46,705 nt of DNA, taken from Octopus sinensis (Eukaryota). Under the pieces are notes generated by a model. The model was not told the DNA's origin. It worked only from the letters and a program-made list of their open reading frames with translations, and did not search any database. The position numbers were made by a program, and so were the translations under genes. Of the stretch, positions 24,987 through 36,532 are shown piece by piece. The stretch lies in contig NW_021834622.1 in the NCBI RefSeq assembly GCF_006345805.1, positions 1 to 46,705 of the forward strand. The letters are read 5' to 3'. Position 1 is the stretch's first letter. Each line of letters opens with the position of its first letter.

Positions 24987-25178
24987 GATGGAGCCGGTAG
25001 AATCGTTAATACGCCAGACAAAATACCTAGCAGCATTTCTTCTGCCTTAACGTTTTGAGTTCAAATTCTGCCGAGGCAGACTTTGTCTTTCACCCTCTTG
25101 GAGTAGATAAAATGAGTGCCTCTTTAGGATTGGGGTTGTTATAATTGATTTACGCCCTTCCCCTAACTTTTTAGCCTT
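24987..25178 (+). mobile_element. SINE family B, degenerate
   Basis: gtagaatcgtta…gagttcaaattctgccgaggcagactttg. Confidence 0.7.
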
Positions 25179-25929
25179 CTGTGTATATATATGTGTATAT
25201 ATATATATATATATATGTGTGTGTATATATATATATATATAGAGAGAGAGAGGGGGGGGGTAAATGCAATGAACAAAGAGTATGGACAAGTTTTAACAGT
25301 TACTTGCTCGCTTAATGCTTAAAAGATGGGAGAACGTCGTAACGTTTCTGATGTTAGTCCTTCATCAGAACGAAAGTATAGGGAAGTGAGAAAGAAGAAA
25401 AGTGGCTGATAAGAGAGGAAAACGGAAAGTAAAAAACGGGTGAGGGGTTAGAAGCCAGTGGAGCGTGCTATTCTATGGGGCGTACATTTATGCATATATC
25501 CGCATTTTGAGATAGGTATACGGAAAGACCGGAATAGTGTGAATTATTTTCTAGTGCTCTGTGTGTAAAGGTATGCAAGTGCGAAAGTATAATGGCGTGA
25601 TTAGTGGGGATGTGAGGTGCTGGTAAGTGTGTGTATGTGTGTGTATAATCATATTATCATATGTGTGTATAATCATATTATGGGTGTCAGTAGGTAGGTG
25701 CGAGCGTGAGTGTGAAGTCAAAGAGAAGAGAACGGAGCGTGGAGGGTGTGACAGAAATGTGCGTGTAAGTTTTAGGTGTGTGACGCTGTTTTAAAGAAGG
25801 AAGTATGAACTAGGGAAGCGAAAATGGAAGAAAGACTATGTGACAGAAGACTCTCTCTTGCTCTCTCTCTCTCTCTCTGTTTCTATCTCTCTCCATCTCT
25901 TTCACACACACGCACGCATAAAAACACAT

Positions 25930-25985
25930 ACACATATTAATCTCTGTGTGTGCGTGTATTGTATAGACATGCACGCACACACATG

Positions 25986-26053
<68 letters not shown>

Positions 26054-26290
26054 CATACATACACGCGCTGTGGCAATGGAAGTAATTGTAGTAGTATTAG
26101 TAGTAGTAGTAGTAGCATCAGCGATAATGGTAGTAGTATTAGTAGTAGCTCTAGTAGTAATAGTAGTAGTAGAAGCTTTAGTAGCAGTAGTAGTAATAGT
26201 AGAATCTTTAGTAGTAGTAGTTGTAGTAGTAGTAGTGATAGTAGTAGTAGTAGTAGTAGTGGTTGTGGGGGGGGTAGTAGTAGTGGTAGT
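25930..26290. repeat. (CA)n, (TA)n and (GTA)n microsatellites
   Basis: Visible directly. Confidence 0.95.
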
Positions 26291-26526
26291 AGTTGAAGGT
26301 GACGAAGAAGAGAAAGAGAACAAAAAATCGAAAAAGAAAAAGATAAAAAGAGGCCATAACAAATAAATAAATAAATAAATAAATAAAAGAGGGAACCAAT
26401 AAGTTTTCCGTGTGACGAATCCTTCTCTTCACTTCTCTTCTCATCTCTCCTCCTCCTCCCTTAACCTCCACCTCTTCCTCCTACCTACCAAATTAATAGA
26501 CAGAGAACGTATGTTATCATCAACTG

Positions 26527-26600
26527 CTGTGGTTCCCAAACTGTGCACCGCCAGGGATATCTAGGTGCGCGGCAAAGAGGTTCCTAGGTGCACCGCAGAT
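26527..26600 (+). mobile_element. hAT (Charlie-like) MITE left end; related ends at 29404-29470 and 32912-32990
   Basis: ctgtggttcccaaactg, (c)agcgtttctcaactgggg and cagtggctcccaaactgggg all match the CAGTGGTTCYCAAMC terminal consensus of hAT MITEs. Confidence 0.6.
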
Positions 26601-26964
26601 TTTTCAATCTATAATTTATGGCATTAGAAAATCTATTCTTAATGGCTAAATGTCTTGGAAAAAAAAAACGTGTTACTCATAATAATTATTATGTTATAAC
26701 ACAAATATGATTAATAAAACAATGTAATCAATATATTTTTTAATGTTTTTTTTTGCATGATTTTCTTTGATTTTTTTTTGTTTTATTTCTTTGAAACATT
26801 TGTTCTAGTTTTGTTATTATTTTGAAACTCTCCGAAGTGCGAAGAGTTCTCGTATTTTATTTATTTATTTAATTTATTTTGTTTTATTTGTTTGTATGAA
26901 TATGTGTTTATTTATTTATTTTAATTTGTTTTGGCTGTATTTTCAGTGTTCCACCAGCATAACA

Positions 26965-27270
26965 AAAGCAACAACAACAACAACAACAACAACAACATTA
27001 CCGCTACTATTGCCAAATAACACAAACACCACTGCCACTGCCACCATCACTACTACCACCAACAGCACCGCACTAACAACATCAATGATAACATCGACAG
27101 CAAGACCACCAAAAACACCACCACCACCACCACCACCACCACCACCACCACAACAACAACAACAATAACAACAACAACAACAACAAAAGAAGCAGCAGCA
27201 GAACAACAATATCGCAACTACCATTAGCACCTTTGCCGACAACATCAAACGCCACCATCGTCATCATCAT
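26965..27270. repeat. (CAA)n/(CAC)n low-complexity tract
   Basis: Visible directly. Confidence 0.9.
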
Positions 27271-27325
27271 CACAAAACAACCCCTTTTATCTTCATCACT
27301 TTCTGCCTTCCTTGTTTCCAACACC

Positions 27326-27699
27326 TTTACTCTTTTATTCTTTCACTTGTTTTAGTCATTTGACTGCGGCCATACTGGAGCACCGTCTTTAGTCGAGCAA
27401 ATCGACCCCACCCCGCACTTATTCTTTGTTAGCCGAGCACTTATTCTATCGGTTCTCTTTTGCTGAACCGCTAAGTTACGAGGACGTAAACACACCACCG
27501 TCGGTTGTCAAGCCATGTTGGTGGGGGACAAACACAGACACACAAACTACACACATACATATATATAATATATATATACTCTCAGTTACGCAGTTTGACT
27601 GCAGCAGCACCACCTTAGTTCTATCGGTCTCTTTTGCCGAACCGCTAAGTGACGGACCTAAACACACCATCGGTGGTCACAATAGGGGGACAAACACAG

Positions 27700-27730
<31 letters not shown>

Positions 27731-28340
27731 CATATATACATATATATATATCTATATATTTATATTAAGATATATATATATATTATTATATATATATATA
27801 TATAATATATATATATATATAAATCAAAAAATGGTTGTGGTTGTGTTGACCGCACGTGGAGAAATGATAGGCAAGGAAAAATTAAAAAGACAGAAGGAAA
27901 ATTTTAATGAAAATGGGTGTATGGAAAATTTTGAAAAATTAATAAAATATATATATATTAATTCAAAACGGTTTTCGTCACAATGTGACTTTTCAAGAAT
28001 TGTAAGGTGGAAAGAAAAATTTTTTTTGTTTATGTTTGAGGAGGGGCAAAAAAGAAAATTACATTGTTTTTTGCAAAAAAATAATTATAAACATGTACAA
28101 AAATTAAAAAATAGGTATTCCGATACATTGTAAAGTCTTTGTGTATCTCGAGTTTAATGATAGTTCTTGAAAAAATGACCTTGGCGGATTGAGATTACAA
28201 TTCTTGAAAAGTCACATTGTTACGAAAACCGGTCTGAATTAATATATATATATATTTTATCAATTTTTCAAAATTTTCCATACACCATTTTCATTAAAAT
28301 TTTCCTTCAATTTAGCATTCTGCCTTTTTATTTTTCCTTG

Positions 28341-28398
<58 letters not shown>

Positions 28399-28566
28399 CG
28401 TAAACACATATAAGACAGGCTTCTTTCAGTTTCCGTCTACCAAATCCACTCACAAGGCTTTGGTCGGCCCGAGGCTATAGTAGAAGACACTTGCCCAAGG
28501 TGCCACGCAGTGGGACTTAACCCGGAACCATGTGGTTGGTAAGCAAGCTACTGACCATACAGCCAC
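27326..28566 (-). mobile_element. SINE family A, split: 3' half 27326-27560, partial duplicate ~27580-27740, 5' half ~28410-28566
   Basis: Each part matches 34711-35128. A MITE sits between the halves. Confidence 0.75.
27870..28342. mobile_element. 473-bp MITE/foldback element with ~136/148-bp TIRs, flanked by TA
   Basis: TA|ggcaaggaaaaa…cttttcaagaattgtaa (27870-28005) is the inverted copy of ttacaattcttgaaaag…tttttccttgcc|TA (28195-28342). Confidence 0.85.
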
Positions 28567-28852
28567 TTCCAAAGTTCTATTCATACCCCCCCCCACACAA
28601 ATATCACGAGTGGCTCCTGACACGTAACCCTTTACCTGTCCTAATAATTTTCAGAAATTTGACCTAAACGTCCATACTTGTTTCGCTAACTTTTAGTTGG
28701 ACCTTGTTTCATAAGTTCTGAGTGATATAAAACGCTTCCCTTTCATAACTCTCAAGTTAATCTGAAGGCGTTGAAGAAGAAAATTGAGTATGTGTATCAT
28801 ATACGATGCAGGGACGCAAACGAAATATGTTCTGCGCAATTCATGTGATAAA

Positions 28853-29185
28853 GGCGCATAGCACAGTGGTTAGAGCACCAGGCTCACAATGATGACGTAG
28901 TAAGTTTCATTCCTGGACTGGGCTGTATTGTGTTCTTGGGCAAGACACTTTATTTCGCGTTGCTCCAGTTCACTCAGCTGTAGAAATGAGTTGCAACGTC
29001 ACTGGTGCCATGCTATATCGACCTTTGCCATTCCCTTGGATAACATCAGTGGCGTGGAGAAGGGAGGCTGGTATACATGGGTGACTGCTGGTCTTCTACA
29101 AACAACTTAGCCCGGACTTGTGCCTTGGAGAGTAACTTTCTAGGTGCAATCCCATGGTCATTCGCGACCAAAAGGGCTCTTTAGC
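28853..29185 (+). mobile_element. SINE family C; a second tail-only copy follows at ~29210-29342
   Basis: Homologous to 9288-9616. Confidence 0.85.
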
Positions 29186-29611
29186 CTTTACCATATGTAC
29201 ATATAATGGTGCGGAGAGGGGAGTCATGGTAAGCATGAGTGACTGGTGGTCTTCCATAAACAACTTTGCCCGGACTTGTGCCTCGGAGTGGAATATTCCA
29301 GGCGCAGTCCCATGATCATTCATGACCAAAGAGGGTCTTTACTTTTTTTAATTCTTGTAATACTCAGGATAAGCAAAGGGTTAAAACAGAATACTTGCAA
29401 TTTTAGCGTTTCTCAACTGGGGTTCCCTGGAACCCTAGGGTTCCGCAAAAGGTTCCTAGGTGTTCCGCGAGAAAGAGTGAGATATGCTAATTTCATGATC
29501 GTAATATTGCTATGCATGCACAACACATTGGTTATTGTAATATTGTTATATATACATCATGCTATCTAACCTATCTTGCTATCAAGAAATATACATATTA
29601 TCCCACCACCC

Positions 29612-29930
29612 ACGTTCTGAGTTCAAATTCCGCCGAAGTCGACTTTGTCTTTCATCCTTTCGGAATCGATAAATTAAGTACCAGTGAAACACTGGGGTCG
29701 ATGTAATCGACTAGTGCCTCCCCCCCTCCCACCGCCCAAATTTCAAGCCTTGTGCCTTTAGTAGAAAGGATATTAGTACCGTCTGTGTATACGCTGTGAA
29801 TTGGTAGAATCCTTAGAGCGCCGATTAGAATGTATGCGATATTTGTTTCGGCATTCTGGTTTCAAATCACAGTGTCGTGGACTTACTCTTTTATCCTTTC
29901 AGGGTGGATAAAATCGTAGTACAGTGTCAA
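29612..29930 (+). mobile_element. Two SINE family B fragments in tandem
   Basis: acgttctgagttcaaattccgccgaagtcgactttg…gccttgtgcctttagtagaaagga, then a degenerate second head. Confidence 0.75.
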
Positions 29931-30300
29931 TTTGTTTTCTCCTTTTCCCTTTCCCCATTTTTCCTATATTTAAAAGAAATTGGCTGCACTCAGACCAATA
30001 CAAGTATGGACTTCGGTAGGCTTAATATCCTTAAGATACGCCATATGACAACTCTGTCAAGATTTGAGATTCCTTGGTAGGAACAAAGTACCCTCAGAAT
30101 GGATAACTTGGAGACAAAGTAGGCTTCTTGTCTTGTCCTCTATACATTTCTTCTGGTGTCTCTACAATCCAATTTGCTTGAGTGCATATAAATGTTATAA
30201 TATTTAATTAATCACTCAAAGACCGTACAAAGTCCATTAACTACTCGCCGCAATATTCTTCACTATGAATCTGAATTGTCTCCACTTACTGCTGATAATA

Positions 30301-30700
30301 ATCTTTTCTACTCTACGCACAAGGCCCGAAATTTTTGGGGAGGGTGGCAGTCGATTAGATCGACTCCAGTAAGCAACCGGTACCTAATTTATCAACCCCG
30401 AAAGGATGAAAGGCAAAGTCGACTGCGGCGGAATTTGAACTCAGAACGTAGCGGCAGACGAAATACCTATTTCTTTACTACCCACAAGGGGCTAAACACA
30501 GAGTGGACAAACAAGGACAGGCAAACGGATTACGTCGATGACATCGACCTCAGTGCGTAACTGGTACTTATTTAATCGACCCTGAAAAGATAAAAGGCAA
30601 AGTCGACCTCGGCGGAATTTAAACTCAGAACGTAACGGCAGACGAAATACCTCTGGGCATTTCGCCCGATGTGCTAACGATTCTGCCTGCTCACCGCCTT
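30301..30700 (-). mobile_element. SINE family B head-to-tail dimer
   Basis: A full monomer (30700 to 30468) is joined to a 5'-truncated monomer (30467 to 30301). Confidence 0.85.
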
Positions 30701-31076
30701 GCTGTAGATAATATTGTTTAGGGATAGATCAAGTACAATCAAGAAGACTTTATGATCAAGGTATGCTTCTGTCTCTATCTTCAGATATCATGTATCTAGG
30801 ACGACATTATTCGATGCGTCTTGTCAATAAAATTATAGGGTGTGATTTGTGTGTGATATAGCTGTTATTTCTTGCAGTTCGAGTGGTTGCATAAAAGTGC
30901 CTTCGTTTGTTTGTTGTCCTCGTCTCTCTTGGTTGTTTGTACTCTGTATATAATTACAAGATCTGTCTTTAATCGATGGCATATTAAGGAGAGGGAGAGG
31001 GGTGGGAGAGAAGGAGGAGTGGGGGCGTGTTGGTTCAGTCTAAAATCAAATCAAAGTGGACCGAATGTGATGTGGG

Positions 31077-31607
31077 CTTGGGCTTGGCTTGGTTACCATT
31101 TTTCTCGACTCTTAGATCGAGGATTGCAAAGATCTTCAGATTATTATATCTGAATCGTTAACACGGATAAAATGCCTAGCCGGTCTTCTTCAGACTCTTT
31201 AAGATCTGAGATGAAATTCTGCCTAGGTTAAATTTAACTTCTCTCACGGGATCGATAAAATAAGTACCGGTTGACCACAAGAGTCGACGTTATCAACTAA
31301 CCCCTTAGCTCAAAATTTGTGTCAAAATTTGAAACCATTTTTATCTTAATAGATAAAAATGGTTTCAAATTTTAAACATCAAATGACTATGGGAACCCAC
31401 CAGAATAAAATAGCAATCACAGGAGTCCATAGATTAAAAAAAAAAAAAACTGGGGAGAACCTCTGATCTACAAAGTGTATATTGGCTTCAAATCGTTCAT
31501 TAAATATTTCAGAGATATATTTCTTGGTTATAAAACTGTGCCGCACTTTACTTCTCGGCCAGTCGATTCATGTTGAGCAGTTGATGTGATTAGCAACGCG
31601 AATACAT
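31077..31607 (+). repeat. Local duplication, copy 1 (paired with 34199-34711)
   Basis: Long near-identical stretch from cttgg…ttggttaccatttttctcgac to gattagcaacgcgaatacat. Confidence 0.92.
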
Positions 31608-31704
31608 GAAAAAAAAATCCATTTTTATCTATTTTAGTTTGGTCACTCAACAAATACACAGCAAAGAAGTTATTAAGATGGATTTTTTTTAGTTATATTT
31701 CACA

Positions 31705-32019
31705 TTATTGCATCCGCCTTCGCTAAGCCGGAGGTATTGTTTTCAGTCGTATTTGTTTGTTTGTCCGTGGACAAGATATCTCAAGAACCGCTGGATGGAT
31801 TCGGATGAAACTTTCGGGATGTTTGGCCTCGCGACTGGCACGAACTGATTAGATGTTGTGATTGATCCGGTACCAGACAAGGATTCTGGATTATTTTTTT
31901 TTCCTTAATTTTTGAGAACGGTCGGGTTCATTTTTAGTATTCTTGTTTGTGAGAGCAAATTGTTAAGAGGACGTTGGTGTTGCCTTGGCGGAGGTTTGCG
32001 CTTTCTGAGTGATCTTGTT
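31705..32019 (+). mobile_element. Helentron-associated non-autonomous element (HINE/DINE-1-like architecture)
   Basis: 5' subterminal inverted repeat c(a)tccgcc…g(c)cggagg, (gttt)n tract, 3' subTIR ccttggcggaggt, terminal stem-loop gcgct-ttctg-agtg, T-rich flanks, no TSD. Confidence 0.65.
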
Positions 32020-32117
32020 TTGAATTTATAATTAATCGCTTTTGTATAGAAACGGGGGGAAAATGAATATGCAGTTAGACGTGTTGAAAAAAATTTAAAG
32101 AAGCTAAAAATAATCTA

Positions 32118-32287
32118 TAATAACCCTTTCTGTTATGGGCCTGAAATTTTGAGGGAGGAGATTAGTCGATTACACTGACCCCAGTGCTTGACAGGCGATT
32201 TCGGCGGAATTTGAACTCGGAGCATAAAGACCAAATGCCGCTAAGCATTTTGACCGGTGTGCTAACGATTCTACCAGATCACCGCTT
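32118..32287 (-). mobile_element. SINE family B
   Basis: Reverse complement of the family head and tail. Confidence 0.75.
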
Positions 32288-32707
32288 TTATAATAATAAT
32301 AATGATAATAATAATAATAATGAGAAGAAGAGGAAGAAGAAAAATAATTACGATAGATGAAGGGAGAAAACGTTGATGCTTCCGTTTGGGAAGTTTATCA
32401 AAGGTTGAAAGTCCTATATTCACTTATTTAACGTTGACCTTCCTTCATCATAAATACTCTCTTCTTGAAAGTCAAGGATTTTTGGTATTTTGTGATATTT
32501 TGTAATTTTTAATAAAATTATGTCGCGTGCTTCAAAAGCCAAACTAACAAAACAAAGCACAAGAGGGGAAGAGTGGTGAGGAGAGAGAGAAGGAGACCCA
32601 GGAGAAGTTGGAGAGGGAGAGGGAGGAGACCTAAGATCCAAGACATGCCTTTAAGACATAGAATTAGTCATACATTTGGCATGGGAAAATATGTCTTATA
32701 GTAAATA

Positions 32708-32830
32708 CAGTAATGCCTTTCTTTACGAGGACTCGCTTTACGAGATCCTGGTTTACGAGTTTATTTTTCAGCTCACTTTTGTATGGTGAGCAGAAATTTT
32801 TCAAACACAAGATACAAATTTCGAACGAAG
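32708..32830 (+). mobile_element. pogo/Tigger-like DNA transposon left end
   Basis: TA|CAGTAATGCCT… followed by tttacgag three times at 15-bp spacing (32722, 32737, 32752), as expected for subterminal transposase-binding repeats. Confidence 0.5.
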
Positions 32831-33043
32831 TGCAAAAGTTTCTACTACCATAACAAATCATTCAGTGTTACTGAGAAATTTATAGAAAGCGTAAAAAAGC
32901 TTCTTCTAAGCCAGTGGCTCCCAAACTGGGGTCCGCGAACCCATGGTTGCACGCAAAGGTAGTACTAGGGGTCCGTGAACTAAATTCAAAATTTCATATA
33001 TATATGTAGCAATATCTGATAGCCTGGTCGGTCACGTGATCAA

Positions 33044-33088
<45 letters not shown>

Positions 33089-33090
<2 letters not shown>

Positions 33091-33892
33091 TCTTTACTCT
33101 TTTACTTGTTTCAGTCATTTGACTGTGGCCATGCTGGAGCACCGCCTTTAGTCGAGCAAATCGACCCCGGGTTTTTTCTTTGTAAGCCTAGTACTTATTC
33201 TATCGTTCTCTTATGCCGAACCGTTAAGTTACGGGGACGTAAACAAACCACTATCGGCTGTCAAGCGATGTTGGGGGAGGGGACAAACAGAGCCACGCAA
33301 ACATATACACATAAATATACATATATACGACGGACTTCTTTCAGTTTCCGTCTACAAAATCCACTCACAAGGCTTTGGTCGGCCCGACACTTGCCCAAGC
33401 CGCCACGCAGTGGGACTGAACCCGGAACCATGCGGTTGGTAAGCAAGCTACTTTATTTTATCTAATTTGCCACAGGGGCATTACACAGATGCAGCTTTGC
33501 GGGCTGGACATAGACATTAATGATATGTATGATGGTGATGGAACAATGATGATGATGGGAGAAGACGAAAGCGCCCGCCGACTTCCGCTTCTCTAAAACA
33601 ATGTTCTTTTTTAAAAAAATCACAAATGAGGCAATAAACCTCTTACTCAATATAATACAATGTTCTATTTTTTTCTTTTAAAACACACAGAAAGTTCAGG
33701 TTACCCGGCCGACCAGGGCTCTTGCTTCATCGAAGCACTCACTCGGTTCCAGGCCAGACCACACAGGTACAAATCCATAGGTGTCCTCCGGGAAGGAATT
33801 CACGATCCTGCACAGTTCACTTTCCCATAGGACCTCCGCAGCCACCTGCGAAGGCCACTCAGGGTACTCCGTGCAGCTACTTACCACACAGC
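33089..33892 (-). mobile_element. SINE family A interrupted in its head by a 421-bp insertion
   Basis: Body 33089-33453; the remaining head agctacttaccacacagc lies at 33875-33892. Confidence 0.85.
33454..33874 (-). mobile_element. 5'-truncated retro-insertion (ORF C-terminus, 3' UTR, A-rich end) with 8-bp TSD
   Basis: TSD agctactt at 33446-33453 and 33875-33882. The minus strand encodes …TEYPEWPSQVAAEVLW…FDEARALVGRVT* (stop 33696-33698) and ends aattagataaaataa. Confidence 0.75.
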
Positions 33893-34074
33893 TACTTTTG
33901 CATCTATTGTGAACATTGTGTGTGTTCGGTGCGGTAAGAAGTACAAAATGCTTCTGAGCGTGATTGCATTTTTGGCTTCTTTGTATTTCTTGCTTTTCTC
34001 CAATAGGTCATCAGCCGGGCACCTCTTGAAATCTGGTCATATTTTCTTCTCCATCTGCACCCTATGTCCCACAG

Positions 34075-34570
34075 TAGAGGTTCTCAACTGGGGTCCATAT
34101 AAGATTTTGGGTGGTAAGGGGGGGACGTCCACGCAATATATATATATTGTTAATGTTTGAGAGACAAAATAGCAATTTTGAAAGAAGTTTTTATAGAACT
34201 TGGGTTTGGCTTGGTTACCATTTTTCTCGACTCTTAGATCGAGGATTGCAAAGATCTTCAGATTATTATATCTGAATCGTTAACACGTTGGATAAAATGC
34301 CTAGCCGGTCTTCTTCAGACTCTTTAAGATCTGAGATGAAATTCTGCCTAGGTTAAATTTAACTTCTCTCACGGGATCGATAAAATGAGTACCGGTTGAC
34401 CACAAGAGTCGACGTTATCAACTAACCCCTTAGCTCAAAATTTGTGTCACAATTTGAAACCATTTTTATCTATTAGTCATTTTAAACATCAAATTACTAT
34501 GGGGACCCACCAGAATAAAATAGCAATCACAGGAGTCCATAGATAAAAAAAAAATTGGGGAGAACCTCTG
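34075..34570 (+). mobile_element. hAT-type MITE with both ends, containing a degenerate SINE-B
   Basis: Left tagaggttctcaactgggg, right ggggagaacctctg. The 8-bp flanks tcccacag and atctacag match only partly. Confidence 0.6.
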
Positions 34571-34711
34571 ATCTACAGAGTGTGTATGGTTTCAAATCGT
34601 TCATTAAATATTTCAGAGATATATTTCTTGGTTACAAAACTGTGCCGCACTTTACTTCTCGGCCAGTCGATTCATGTTGAACAGTTGATGTGATTAGCAA
34701 CGCGAATACAT
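34199..34711 (+). repeat. Local duplication, copy 2 (paired with 31077-31607)
   Basis: See copy 1. Confidence 0.92.
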
Positions 34712-35128
34712 ACTCTTTACTCTCTTTTACTTGTTTCAGTCATTTGACTGCGGCCATGCTGGAGCACCGCCTTTAGTCGAGCAAATCGACCCCGGGACTT
34801 ATTCTTTGTAAGCCCAGCACTTATTCTATCGGTCTGTTTTGCCGAACCGCTAAGTGACGGGGACGTAAACACACCAGCATCGGTTGTCAAGCAATGCTAG
34901 GGGGACAAACACAGACACACAAACATACACACAAATACATATATATATATATATATACATATATACGACAGGCTTCTTTCAGTTTCCGTCTACCAAATCC
35001 ACTCACAAGGCATTGGTCGGCCCGAGGCTATAGTAGAAGACACTTGCCCAAGATGCCAAGCAGTGGGACTGAACCCGGAACCATGTGGCTGGTAAGCAAG
35101 CTACTTACCACATAGCCACTCCTGCGCC
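34711..35128 (-). mobile_element. SINE family A, full length
   Basis: tRNA-like head, internal (GT/TA)n tract, tail ggtgctccagcatggccgcagtcaaatgactgaaacaagtaaaagag(agtaaagagta). Confidence 0.9.
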
Positions 35129-35204
35129 TATGAAAAAAAAAATCTATTATTATCATTATCTCCCTTGTTTTATTCCTTTGGTAAACAATGTGCTTGTGTA
35201 TACT

Positions 35205-35264
<60 letters not shown>

Positions 35265-35831
35265 TGTGTGTGTGTGTGTGTGTGTGCCTGCCTATGTGTG
35301 TGTCTGCATGTGCTTGTGTTTGTGTGCATTATTTCTTCATGTTGTTTGACTTCAGTTGGAATTAAAATAGTTTTCTTTTTTTTTTTTGAAAAGTCTTTAT
35401 ATATTTTCTTTTATATTGTAAACTATACACCCTACTGTGCAATTAAATTTGTTTTGTACGCTTTCTTGTTTACTGTTTGTGAAAACGTGTTTACTTTGTT
35501 TCAAATTATTTTTTTATAGGAAAAGACGTTTACGCCTGCTTTAAGAAGATTAGAAATATTGAAAAAAAAAAAAAAAAAAAATGCTAACTCACAAAATAAA
35601 AAAATAAAACTGTACATACAAACATAAAATTGTAATATGTTTCAAATCAGACTTTTCTTGCGTACGTTGAAGTACATTGAAATAAACTTCACAGGTTTGT
35701 AGGGATTCACAGTTTGAAAAAGAAAAAAAAAATCTTTAGTAGATATGGCAAAAAAAAATTTCAGTTCCATCGGTGCGAAACAACATACGCCTGTCTTCGA
35801 CAAACAAACAAGCAAACAAATAATAATAATG

Positions 35832-35899
<68 letters not shown>

Positions 35900-35938
35900 A
35901 TGATAATAATAATGATGATAATGATGATAATAATAACG

Positions 35939-36004
<66 letters not shown>

Positions 36005-36005
36005 G
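35205..36005. repeat. (GT)n, poly-A and long (AAT)n tracts
   Basis: Visible directly. Confidence 0.9.
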
Positions 36006-36532
36006 TGTTTTCTTTTATTAGCTACAAAAGTCTAATCCGTTAGGGACAGTACATAGGAGAAATACATAAAAAAATCAAACAAACAAGGAATCCTGGGCGA
36101 CAAGAGGGGATTAGCGTCGAGTACAAAGGGTGAGAATAGCATTAGCAAAAGAGCCATTAATAAAATAGATTATAATAAATAGCAACAACAGTAAAAGACA
36201 AGAAAAACGATCCTTAAAAGGGTGTGGGGATTGGTGACCATATAAGGTGATTCGGCGTACACTACACACAACTGGCTGACTTTCTTGATACAGCCCAAAG
36301 GCACTTCTTGCCGCAAGCCTACAGCCGTGTAGTTTGTATGTTCATGAAGCCTGTCAGTTTTGTCCTTCTCATCCACATTTCATTAAATGATATCAAAATA
36401 CAGATAATAATAAGAATAATATTATAATAAAAAAGGTGGGATAACACACCGCCTTTTTTTACTTTCATCTTATTTCTCGGGTGATTCTTGAAGCAATTCA
36501 TGAGGACTTAACTTGAAGGAGGTAAAAGCCTA

